Shown: in pieces, positions 1 through 7,567 of the stretch
How positions within the stretch are numbered: position 1 is the stretch's first letter
How the letters are laid out: each line of letters begins with the position of its first letter
Assembly: GCA_963835685.1 (NCBI GenBank)
Contig: CAWIGI010000009.1
Span: 28,201-52,200, forward strand
Direction of reading: 5' to 3'
Source of the DNA: Miltoncostaeaceae bacterium
Lineage (GTDB): Bacteria > Actinomycetota > Thermoleophilia > Miltoncostaeales > Miltoncostaeaceae
Length of the DNA: 24,000 bases
The notes under the pieces: generated by a model
Told to the model about the DNA's origin: nothing
What the model saw: only the letters and a program-made list of their open reading frames with translations
The model's database searches: none
Translations under genes and position numbers: made by a program

Positions 1-2846
1 CGACCGCGGCCTGGCTGGTGCTGCCGGAGGACGGCGGGCGGGCGCGCGCCACGAGCCCCGGCTGGGCGCCGGGCCCCGACGACCTGGAGCGGGCTCGCCG
101 GGCGCTCGCCGAGGAGGGCCCGGCCGTCTGGACCGGTCCGGACGCGACGCGGCTGGCGATCCCGCTCGGGCCGGCCGGTGCGAGCGGGCCGGGCGTCCTC
201 GGGCTCACGCTCGCGCGCGCCGACGGGCTCGACGACGAGGAGCGGGGCTTCCTCGCGGCGTTCGCGACGCAGTGCGGCCAGGCCCTGCAGCGCTCGCGGC
301 TGTTCCAGACCGAGCGCGAGAGCCGCCGCAGGACCGAATCCCTCCAGGCGGCGACCGCCGCGCTGGCGGCCGCCGTCACGCGGCGCGACGTGGGCGAGGC
401 GGTCGTGCGCGAGGCGCTCCGGGCGTTCGATGCCACGTCCGCGTCGGTCCGCCTGCTCGATCCCGACACCCGCGCCCTGGAGACCGTCGCGGTGGGGGGC
501 TTCCCGGACGGCCTCGCCCGGCCGCTCGGCAGCAGCCCGCTCGACGAGCCTTCGCCGACCGCGGACGCGGCGCGGGAGGGGCGCGCGCTCTACCTGAGCT
601 CCGCGGCCGGCGTGCAGGCCCGCTATCCCGGGGTTGACCGCGTCGGGGCGTGGCCCGCGCGCGGGGCGCTGGCGGCGCTTCCGCTGCAGGCGGAGGACCG
701 GGCGATCGGGACGCTCTCGCTGCGCTTCGACCGCTCGCGCGCCTTCGGCGCCGACGACCGCGAGGCGCTCGAGGCCTTCGCGGGGCTCGCCGCCCAGTCG
801 GCGGTCCGGGCGTCTCTGCACGAGGCGGAGCAGCGCCGCCGGGTCGGCTCCGACCTGCTCGCCGAGGCGGGCTTCGCCCTCGACGCGGACCTCGGTGTCT
901 CGGAGCGGCTGCGGCGGCTCGCGGCGCTGCTGGTGCCCAGGCTCGGCGACGCGTGCTGCATCGAGCTCGCCGAGGGCGGATCGGTCGAGGTCGCGGCGGT
1001 GTCCGCGCGCACGCCGGAGCTCGAGGCGCTGGTCCGCGAGATTCGCGAGCGCTTCGTGATCGACGCCGCCCGCGGGCCCGGCATGCGCCGGGTCATGGAG
1101 TCGGGAGAGCCCCTGCACGTGCAGCACGTCTGGCCGTCCGACCTCGAGCGGTACGTCGCCGCGGCCGCGCTGGACCCGGAGACCGCGGGGCGGCTGCGGC
1201 GCTCCCCGCCCCGGTCCATCCTCGTCGTGCCGATCGGCGCGCGCGGGCGCGGCATCGGCGCGATCGGCCTGGTGTCCTGCGCCTCGGCCCGCGCCTACGA
1301 CGCGCAGGACCTCCGGCTGCTCGAGGACATCGGCCGGCACGCCGGGCTCGCCCTCGACAACGCGCGGCTCTACGAGGCCCAGGTGGGCGTGGCCCTCACG
1401 CTCCAGGAGAGCCTCCTCCCTCCCGGCCTGCCCGTGCTGCGCGACCTCGGGCTCGCGGCGCGCTACCTGTCGGCGGCCGTCCACACGGAGGCGAGCGGCG
1501 ACTGGTACGAGGCGGTCGCCCTGTCCGGCGATCGGGTCTTCCTCGCCGTCGGCGACGTGGTCGGGCGCGGCACGGAGGCGGCGGCCGTCATGGGACAGCT
1601 CCGCAGCGCGATGAGGGCGTTCGCGCTCGCGGGGCTGTCGCCGTCCGCTGCGCTGGCGAAGCTCAGCGACTTCGCCGCGGGGGTCCCCGGAGCGGAGGTC
1701 TCCACGGCGGCGGCGGCCGAGGTCAACCTCGCCCGCGGGCGCGTCACCTACGCCTGCGCCGGCCATCTGCCGCCCCTTCTCGTGGGCGCCGGCGGAACGG
1801 CCAGCTTCCTCTCGGAGGGTCGCGGCCCGGCCCTCGGGATTCGCTCTCACGGCTACCGGGAGGCGGTCGAGCCGTTCGAGGAGGGCTCGGCGCTCGTGCT
1901 CTACACCGACGGGCTGGTCGAGCGGCGGCGCGAGCCGCTCGACGCCGGCCTCGAGCGCCTGGCGGCCGTCGCGGCGGCCGCCTCGAGCGCTCGCCCGTCC
2001 GATCTCTGCGAGCGGCTCATCGACGCGCTCGTGGACCGGCGGTCGATCGCCGACGACGTCGCGGTGCTGGTCGCGAGGCGGCAGGCCGCGGTCCGCCCGC
2101 TCGCGCTCACCGTGACCGCCGAGCCCCGTGCCCTGGGAGAGGTCAGGGAGGCCGTCCGGGCCTGGCTGGCCGACGCCGAGGTCGACCCCGCGGCGCGCGA
2201 GGACGTCGTCCTGGCGTGCGGCGAGGCCGTCGCCAATTCCGTCGAGCACGCCTATGCCGGACGCCCGCCGGGGCCGGCGGAGGTCGAGCTGTCCCTCGCG
2301 GAGGACCGTACGTTGCGCGTGCGCGTGCGCGACGAGGGGCGCTGGCGGCCGCCGAGCGAGGACCCCCCCGGGCTGCGGGGCCGCGGCCTCTTCCTGATGC
2401 GGAACCTGATGGACCGGGTGGAGGTCAACCACGACGCGGGGGGCACCGAGGTGCGGATGAGCCTCCGGGCCGGCATGGCGCCGGCACAGGCGCCGGTCCG
2501 GCCGGCGCCGCCCGGGCCCCCGGTGCCGGCTTCCGTGGCGTTCGCCGCCGGCCCCGACGGCACCGTCGTGGGGCTCCTGCGGGGTGAGATCGACGCCTCC
2601 GGCGCGAGCTCGCTCCGCGAGCAGATCGAGCGCGCCGCCGGCCGGGGCGGCGACATCGCGCTCGACCTGGACGGCGTCGGCTACATCGACAGCACGGGGG
2701 CGCGCCTGCTGGTGGACGTCGCGAAGCGGCTGTCGGCGGCCGGCGGCCGGCTCGAGCTGAGGGCGCCGACCGGCAGCCCGGCCCGGCGGCTCATCGCCCT
2801 CTGCCGCCTCGACATGGCCGCGGGGATCACGGTCGACGGCGCCTGA
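1..2846 (+). CDS. Multidomain partner-switching sensor protein: GAF repeats, PP2C/SpoIIE phosphatase, RsbW-like HATPase kinase/anti-sigma domain, STAS anti-sigma-antagonist domain. The 5' end lies outside the window.
   Basis: The frame of the 18..2846 ORF is open back to base 3, so the true start is upstream of the window. The window begins inside a GAF-like block (LGLTLARADGLDDEERGFLAAFATQCGQALQRSRLF). Two further GAF-like blocks follow. PP2C motifs: SGDWYEAV, AVGDVVGRGTEAAAVMGQLR, LVLYTDGLVERR. RsbW-like HATPase motifs: ACGEAVANSVEHAY, GRGLFLMRNLMD. A Pro-rich linker leads to STAS (LDLDGVGYIDSTGARLL) with the phosphorylatable Ser in DSTG. Confidence 0.85.
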   Translation, partial: TAAWLVLPEDGGRARATSPGWAPGPDDLERARRALAEEGPAVWTGPDATRLAIPLGPAGASGPGVLGLTLARADGLDDEERGFLAAFATQCGQALQRSRLFQTERESRRRTESLQAATAALAAAVTRRDVGEAVVREALRAFDATSASVRLLDPDTRALETVAVGGFPDGLARPLGSSPLDEPSPTADAAREGRALYLSSAAGVQARYPGVDRVGAWPARGALAALPLQAEDRAIGTLSLRFDRSRAFGADDREALEAFAGLAAQSAVRASLHEAEQRRRVGSDLLAEAGFALDADLGVSERLRRLAALLVPRLGDACCIELAEGGSVEVAAVSARTPELEALVREIRERFVIDAARGPGMRRVMESGEPLHVQHVWPSDLERYVAAAALDPETAGRLRRSPPRSILVVPIGARGRGIGAIGLVSCASARAYDAQDLRLLEDIGRHAGLALDNARLYEAQVGVALTLQESLLPPGLPVLRDLGLAARYLSAAVHTEASGDWYEAVALSGDRVFLAVGDVVGRGTEAAAVMGQLRSAMRAFALAGLSPSAALAKLSDFAAGVPGAEVSTAAAAEVNLARGRVTYACAGHLPPLLVGAGGTASFLSEGRGPALGIRSHGYREAVEPFEEGSALVLYTDGLVERRREPLDAGLERLAAVAAAASSARPSDLCERLIDALVDRRSIADDVAVLVARRQAAVRPLALTVTAEPRALGEVREAVRAWLADAEVDPAAREDVVLACGEAVANSVEHAYAGRPPGPAEVELSLAEDRTLRVRVRDEGRWRPPSEDPPGLRGRGLFLMRNLMDRVEVNHDAGGTEVRMSLRAGMAPAQAPVRPAPPGPPVPASVAFAAGPDGTVVGLLRGEIDASGASSLREQIERAAGRGGDIALDLDGVGYIDSTGARLLVDVAKRLSAAGGRLELRAPTGSPARRLIALCRLDMAAGITVDGA

Positions 2847-2858
2847 CCCGCTCGCGGC

Positions 2859-3194
2859 CTACGACTTCTTCGCGTCCACCGCCCTCCGCAGCTGCTCCTT
2901 GTTCATGCGCGACCGCCCCTCGATGTTGAGGCGCTTCGCCTCGGCGTAGAGCTGGTCGCGCGTCCGCCCACGCGGCCCCGACCGACCGGACCGCAGCCCG
3001 CCGCGGCGGCCCGACGAGATGTCCTGGGTCAACGTCTTCGACGAGCTGCTCGCCTCGCCGGCGCGGGCCCGCTCCTTGTTGACGGTCCGCGCGGCGATCT
3101 CCTTCGCCCGCTTGTCGGACTTGCCGCTCGCCTTGGCCTGGTCGCGGATGTGCTCGTACTGGCGCTCCCTCTTGGGGCTGCTCCCGCGCGGCAT
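2859..3194 (-). CDS. Small basic protein with a C-terminal Rho_N/SAP-like helix-extended-helix. This family is often annotated as plasmid-stabilisation-like or Rho termination factor N-terminal domain protein.
   Basis: ATG at 3194 is preceded by GAGGAGG on the minus strand. Translation MPRGSSPKRERQYEHIRDQAK...TRDQLYAEAKRLNIEGRSRMNKEQLRRAV matches the family pattern as I recall it. The longer 185-aa version of the ORF (up to 3416) overlaps the divergent gene and looks non-coding. Confidence 0.7.
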   Translation of the reverse strand: MPRGSSPKRERQYEHIRDQAKASGKSDKRAKEIAARTVNKERARAGEASSSSKTLTQDISSGRRGGLRSGRSGPRGRTRDQLYAEAKRLNIEGRSRMNKEQLRRAVDAKKS

Positions 3195-3345
3195 GGCGGC
3201 CTCCTCGCTCCGTGTCGGCTGCTCGTCGTCGTAGCTACCCGGGCCGATCCGCGGCGACACACCCTGACCCGTCACCCGGAAGCGTGAAGGAGCGTCGCGG
3301 CGGGCACTCCGACGTCGATCGGCCACCGACGAAAAGGAGCTCGTC

Positions 3346-3951
3346 CTGAGAGCCGTCGTACTGAACTGCACGCTGAAGCCCTCTCGCCAGGAGTCGAACA
3401 CGGAGGCGCTCGCCAAGGTCGTGATCGAGGCGCTGGAGCAGCGCGGCGTGGAGGTGGAGCTCCACCGCGTCCTCGACTACGACGTGCGCCCGGGCGTCTC
3501 GTCCGACGAGGGCGACGGCGACGAGTGGCCCCAGCTGCGCGAGCGCATCGGCGGCGCCGAGATCCTCGTCGTCGCCTCGCCCACGTGGCTCGGCAAGCCC
3601 TCGAGCGTCGCGCAGCGCGTCCTGGAGCGCATGGACGCGATGCTGTCCGAAACCGACGCCGAGGGCCGGCCGGTCGCCTACAACCGCGTCGCCGGCATCG
3701 TCGTGACGGGCAACGAGGACGGCGCCCACCACGTCATCTCCGAGATCGCGGGCGCCCTCATCGACATCGGCTACACGATCCCCGGCCAGGCGTGGACCTA
3801 CTGGAACATGGGCCCGGGCCCCGGACCGAGCTACCTCGAGAGCACGCACAAGCACGAGTGGTCCAGGAGCACCGGCGAGGCGGCGGCGGCCAATCTGGTC
3901 GCCGTGGCCGAGGCCCTCGCGGCGCGGCCGGTGCCGCCTCCGCCGGGCTGA
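3346..3951 (+). CDS. NAD(P)H-dependent FMN reductase / flavodoxin-like fold oxidoreductase. The start appears to be a non-canonical CTG.
   Basis: Conserved family blocks: LNCTLKPS..SNTEAL, ILVVASPTWLGKPSS, VTGNEDGAHH. The LNCTLK block lies upstream of the first in-frame ATG/GTG (3421). AAGGAG at 3334-3339 sits 6 nt before CTG 3346. An in-frame TGA at 3265 bounds the frame. Confidence 0.8.
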   Translation: MRAVVLNCTLKPSRQESNTEALAKVVIEALEQRGVEVELHRVLDYDVRPGVSSDEGDGDEWPQLRERIGGAEILVVASPTWLGKPSSVAQRVLERMDAMLSETDAEGRPVAYNRVAGIVVTGNEDGAHHVISEIAGALIDIGYTIPGQAWTYWNMGPGPGPSYLESTHKHEWSRSTGEAAAANLVAVAEALAARPVPPPPG

Positions 3952-3964
3952 CCCGTTCGACGAA

Positions 3965-3991
3965 GGAGGCGGCCCTGCCCTGGCCGCCTCC
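3965..3991 (+). terminator. GC-rich hairpin directly after the FMN-reductase stop codon; terminator candidate without a U-tract.
   Basis: GGAGGCGGCC (3965-3974), 7-nt loop, GGCCGCCTCC (3982-3991). Perfect 10-bp stem beginning 14 nt after the stop codon. Confidence 0.45.
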
Positions 3992-4083
3992 CCGCCGTCC
4001 ACCACGCACCTCCTCCCCGGTGCGTTCGCGCGGGCCCGGACGCGGGGGACGACAACCGGCCGGGCGGCGCTGGGGGGCTCTAC

Positions 4084-4137
4084 CCGCCCGCGGCGTGCGC
4101 GAAACAACCGCGGGCGGACGAGCTCGGGGCCGTCCGC
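4084..4137 (-). terminator. Two partly overlapping hairpins immediately 3' of the micro-ORF on the minus strand.
   Basis: Hairpin 1: GCGGACG (4114-4120) pairs with CGTCCGC (4131-4137) and abuts the TAG. Hairpin 2: CCGCCCGCGG (4084-4093) pairs with CCGCGGGCGG (4108-4117) across a 14-nt loop. No U-tract. Confidence 0.35.
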
Positions 4138-4205
4138 TACAGCAGGATGATCAGCAGGATCACGATGATGATGATGAGCGCGAGGGCTCCGATTCCGATG
4201 TACAC
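4137..4205 (-). CDS. Candidate 22-aa ultra-hydrophobic micro-protein (V/M-YIGIGALALIIIIVILLIILL).
   Basis: GGAGGAG lies 3-5 nt upstream of GTG 4205 on the minus strand; an in-frame TTG at 4217 would give 26 aa. 20 of 22 sense codons end in G or C, despite a local GC dip caused by Ile/Leu codons. Hairpins follow the TAG. No homolog recognised. Confidence 0.4.
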   Translation of the reverse strand: MYIGIGALALIIIIVILLIILL

Positions 4206-4364
4206 GATCTCCTCCAAGAGTCCGGGTGCAGCAGACCGTGCCCCCTCGCCGGGCTCGCCAAACGCCGGGGCCTCGCGCCTGGCCGGGCGCTCCGCGACGT
4301 GCGTTCGCCGCGGGGGCCGCCCGGGTATCACGGCCACGCGCCCGTCCTCGTCGTGGAGATTCGC

Positions 4365-4913
4365 GTGAGCAGCTCAGCCGATCGTGGTGCGAGCGAGTTG
4401 CCGGCCGGGATCTCGGCGGAGCGCGACCGCGACCTCGCGGGCCGCGGCCACGAGCCGTGGGTCAGGCGGGCCGTGCTGCTGGCGCTGGTCGCGGTGCTCG
4501 CGCTCGGGCTGGCGAACGTCTTCGGCCAGCGCTCCACGACCTCGGTGGCCGCGGAGCCGGCCGCCGAGCTCACCGTGAGGGCGCCGGCCTCGCTGCGCGG
4601 CGGACTCCTGGGCCAGCTCGTCGTCCGCGTCGACGCGCGTCGTCGCGTCGCGCAGCCCCGCATCGTCCTGGAGCGGGGGTGGCTCGACGGGATCACGCTC
4701 AACACCGTCGTCCCCGAGGCCGCCGACCAGGCCGATGACGAGGGCAGCCTCGTGCTGGCCTACGGCGAGGTGCCGGCGGGCGACAGCCTCACCGTGCGGA
4801 TCGCCTTCCAGGTAAACGCCACCACGCTCGGCTCGAGGCCCGCCGACGTGGTGCTGCGCGACGGCGCCGCGGAGGTCGCGCGCGTCGAGCGCAGCGTGAC
4901 CGTCTTCCCCTGA
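4365..4913 (+). CDS. Hypothetical membrane-anchored protein: one N-terminal TM helix, then a probable beta-rich extracytoplasmic domain.
   Basis: GTG 4365 is preceded by GGAG at 4353-4356. TM segment: WVRRAVLLALVAVLALGLANVFG. The 5' part of the 462-aa track ORF (3525 onward) is Arg/Pro-rich off-frame sequence overlapping the FMN reductase. The start choice is uncertain. Confidence 0.55.
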   Translation: MSSSADRGASELPAGISAERDRDLAGRGHEPWVRRAVLLALVAVLALGLANVFGQRSTTSVAAEPAAELTVRAPASLRGGLLGQLVVRVDARRRVAQPRIVLERGWLDGITLNTVVPEAADQADDEGSLVLAYGEVPAGDSLTVRIAFQVNATTLGSRPADVVLRDGAAEVARVERSVTVFP

Positions 4914-4931
4914 ACCGAGGAGGGACCGCGA

Positions 4932-5378
4932 GTGGACATCATCCTTCGTGCCGCGGCGGTGTTCGTCCTGCTCTTCGTCATCACGAGGACCGTCGGCCGG
5001 CGAGAGCTGGGGCAGATGGAGCCGTTCGACCTGATCCTGATCGTCGTGGTCGGGGACCTCATCCAGCAGGGCGTGACCCAGAGCGACTACTCCCTCACCG
5101 GGGCCGCGCTCGCCGTCGCGACGCTCGCGGTCCTGACGGTCGCCGTCTCCTACGCCTCGTTCCGCTTCCGGAGGCTGCGCCCGGTGCTCGACGGCGAGCC
5201 GATCGTGCTGGTGCACGACGGGCAGCCCATCGACGCCAACCTGCGCCGCGAGCGGATCACGCTGGAGGAGCTCCGGGCACAGGCGCGGCTGCAGCAGATC
5301 CCCGGCCTCGAGGACGTGAGGCTCGCGGTGCTCGAGACCGGCGGCCGGATCAGCTTCATCCCGCGCGAGGCCGGCTGA
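4932..5378 (+). CDS. DUF421 (YetF/YdfS-like) membrane protein.
   Basis: GTG 4932 with GAGGAGG 9 nt upstream. Translation MDIILRAAAVFVLLFVITRTVGRRELGQMEPFDLILIVVVGDLIQQ... and the C-terminal ITLEELRAQARLQ..LEDVRLAVLETGGRISF are typical of the family. Probably co-transcribed with 4365..4913. Confidence 0.8.
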   Translation: MDIILRAAAVFVLLFVITRTVGRRELGQMEPFDLILIVVVGDLIQQGVTQSDYSLTGAALAVATLAVLTVAVSYASFRFRRLRPVLDGEPIVLVHDGQPIDANLRRERITLEELRAQARLQQIPGLEDVRLAVLETGGRISFIPREAG

Positions 5379-5388
5379 GCGCGGACGG

Positions 5389-6402
5389 TTACGCGGCCGC
5401 GCGCTCCTCGAGGCCGCGGCGCAGGAGCGCGAGCACCGCGAGCTCGTCCGAGCTGTGTCCGCGCTTGAGGCGCCGCTCGACCTGCTCGCGGAGCGAGGAG
5501 ATCGTGCGCCCGTCGAGGAAGTGGTCGATCACCCGCGGGTCGATGTAGTTCGCCCGGCAGACGGCGGGGGTGTTGCCGAGCAGCTCGGCGGCCTGCCGGC
5601 ACACGGTCGCGACGGCGCGCTGGCGCTTGCGGGCGCCCTCGACGGGCCCGACCTCGTCGAGCGCCACGGCCGCCGCGACCGTCCCGGCCCAGGTGCGGAA
5701 GTCCTTGGCCGTGAACTCCTCGCCCATGTGCTCCTGGATGTAGGCGTTGACGTCCTCCGAGCGCACGTCCACGACGTCGCCCTCCTCGTCGAGGTACTTG
5801 AGGACCTCGTACCCCGGCAGGTCGTCCATCTCCTGCAGCACGCGCGCGAGGCGCGCGCTCTCGAGCTCGGCGTGCTGGCCGGCCCCGCCCTTGCCCTCGA
5901 AGTCGAGCACGATGAGGTCGTCCTCGATGCTGAGGTGCCGGGAGCGGAAGGTCGCCAGGCCGAAGGTGCCGTGCGCGGCCGCGTACTCCTCGCCGCCGAC
6001 CCGGATGAGGGTGCGGTCGAGGAGCTGCACGGCGGTGGCCAGCGCCACCTCGCGGTCGAGGCCGCGGCGGCGCAGGTGCCGGTTCGTCGTGGCGCGCAGC
6101 GGCGGGAGCCGCTCGGCGAAGCGCAGGATCCGCGCGTACTTCTCACGGCCCCGCTCTTCGTGCCAGGCCGGGTGGTAGCGGTACTGCTTCCGGCCCGCCT
6201 CGTCGACCCCGGTGGCCTGCAGATGACCCCGGGACGACCGGCAGATCCAGACCTCACGCCAGGCGGGCGGGATCGCGAGCGCGCGGATCCGGGCGATCAC
6301 CCTGGGATCGCGGACGGGCCGGCCGCGGTCGTCGAAGTACCGCTCGCCCCGGCCGTGACGGCGGCGGGTGTACCCGGCCTCGCGATCCGAGCTGTGGCGC
6401 AG
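5389..6402 (-). CDS. DNA topoisomerase IB (poxvirus-type bacterial TopIB). The N-terminal boundary is unresolved.
   Basis: Family blocks: IRALAIPPAW..VWI, GRKQYRYHP.W, FRTWAGT, and the catalytic-Tyr block LGNTPAVCRANYIDPRV. The first ATG/GTG is GTG 6300. The conserved N-terminal block LRHSSDREAGYTRRRHGRGERYFDDRGRPV is encoded in frame upstream of it, at 6303-6402. The 6402 boundary is the in-frame CTG. A caller limited to ATG/GTG starts would report 5389..6300. Confidence 0.8.
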   Translation of the reverse strand: MRHSSDREAGYTRRRHGRGERYFDDRGRPVRDPRVIARIRALAIPPAWREVWICRSSRGHLQATGVDEAGRKQYRYHPAWHEERGREKYARILRFAERLPPLRATTNRHLRRRGLDREVALATAVQLLDRTLIRVGGEEYAAAHGTFGLATFRSRHLSIEDDLIVLDFEGKGGAGQHAELESARLARVLQEMDDLPGYEVLKYLDEEGDVVDVRSEDVNAYIQEHMGEEFTAKDFRTWAGTVAAAVALDEVGPVEGARKRQRAVATVCRQAAELLGNTPAVCRANYIDPRVIDHFLDGRTISSLREQVERRLKRGHSSDELAVLALLRRGLEERAAA

Positions 6403-6571
6403 CGCCGGGACGGCGCGACCTACTCTCGCGCCGGCTGCCCGGGCTGCAGCCGCTGTGTCATCTCCGTCGCCGTCGCTCGCCTCCCCGTCCGGCCCGCGCC
6501 GAATCCGGCCGCAGTATTTCCCCGCCGCGCCCCGGCCGAACCATCGGGCCGGGCTCCCGTGCGAGCCGCGG

Positions 6572-7447
6572 CTACGTCTCCGCCGCCGGGCCTTCCTCGA
6601 GCTGGGCGACGACCCGCTCCGCCTCCTCGACGAGCCGGGTCGCCTCCTCGGCCTCCGCCATCGCCCGGGCCTCCGACTCGGCCGCCTGGCCGGCCTCGTC
6701 GCCGCGGGCGGCGCTCGCCCGCTCGGCGTCCTCGAGCTCGGCGCGGAGCCGAACGACCTCGGCCTCCGCCTCCTCTCGCGCCCGCTCGGCCGCCTCGCGC
6801 ACCCGCCGGATCTCGTCCAGCCGGTCCTGCGCGCGCCGCGCGTTCTCCGTCGCCGCGCCGGCGAGCTCGCGGGCCTCGGCGAGGGCCGCGCTCGCCCGCC
6901 GCTGGCGACGGGCGGCGAGCTCGTCCACGGCGGGCGGCTCGGCGGTTTTCCTGGTGGCGGGCCGTCGCGGCTTGGTGGGGGCGGGCGGGGGCGGGCCGCC
7001 GGCGAGGAGGCCGCCCCCGAGGTCAGGCTCGGGATCGTGCGAGAGGCGGCCGCGGCGCAGGTCCTCGCGCTCGTCGTCGCGGCGGGCGGCGGCGCGGACG
7101 GCGGTGCGGACGGCGACGTCGCCCGAGAGCGCGGCGACCGCCTCGGCCTCCGCCTCGGTCGCCGCCCGCAGCTCGTCGGCGCCGGAGCGGCCGTCGAGCA
7201 TGGCCCGCTGGGCCTCGGCGAGGGCCTCCTCGGCGGCGAGCGCGGCGGCGAGGGCCTTCGGCTCCTCGCGGGCCAACCGGTTCAGCTCCGCCGCCAGCTT
7301 GGTCGGCCGTCGCAGCCCGGCGACGCGGTCGGCGGCGCCGCGGTCCCCGGCGGCGCGCAGCTCCTTGACGAGGGCGTCGCGCCCCGGGATGAACTCGCCG
7401 GGGGGTCCGGCGAAGAGGACGTCGAGCTGGTCTTCGAGGTCGTCCAT
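6572..7447 (-). CDS. Hypothetical protein with an Ala/Glu/Arg-rich coiled-coil C-terminal half; upstream of TopIB and co-oriented with it.
   Basis: ATG 7447 gives MDDLEDQLDVLFAGPPGEFIPGRDALVKELR.... The 509-aa track ORF extends to 8101 only because the frame has no stop; that extension is antisense to the CHRD gene. No domain recognised. Confidence 0.6.
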   Translation of the reverse strand: MDDLEDQLDVLFAGPPGEFIPGRDALVKELRAAGDRGAADRVAGLRRPTKLAAELNRLAREEPKALAAALAAEEALAEAQRAMLDGRSGADELRAATEAEAEAVAALSGDVAVRTAVRAAARRDDEREDLRRGRLSHDPEPDLGGGLLAGGPPPPAPTKPRRPATRKTAEPPAVDELAARRQRRASAALAEARELAGAATENARRAQDRLDEIRRVREAAERAREEAEAEVVRLRAELEDAERASAARGDEAGQAAESEARAMAEAEEATRLVEEAERVVAQLEEGPAAET

Positions 7448-7501
7448 CTCGTCCCAGGATGGCGGCCGGCGCGGAGAGCGGCCCACCCTCACCGGCGCGG
7501 T

Positions 7502-7530
7502 TTGACAGCAGGTCGGCCCGAGGATAGAGC
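7502..7530 (+). promoter_or_regulatory. Sigma-70-like promoter candidate for the CHRD gene.
   Basis: TTGACA (7502-7507), 17-nt spacer, TAGAGC (7525-7530). It lies 38 nt upstream of ATG 7568, in the 120-nt divergent intergenic region. Confidence 0.4.
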
Positions 7531-7567
7531 CCGTTCGCCAGTTCCTCTCCAATGGAGGTGATCCGAG

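Noticed and set aside
2859-3416. Full 185-aa version of the minus-strand ORF, and the overlapping 290-aa ORF 3235..4107(-).
   Set aside because: The region upstream of ATG 3194 has no protein-like composition and overlaps the FMN-reductase N-terminus and its Shine-Dalgarno sequence. ORF 3235..4107(-) is antisense to the FMN reductase.
5377-5406. Possible bidirectional terminator between the convergent DUF421 and TopIB genes.
   Set aside because: Only a 7-bp stem (GAGCGCG/CGCGCTC) with a 16-nt loop that overlaps both stop regions. Too weak to call.
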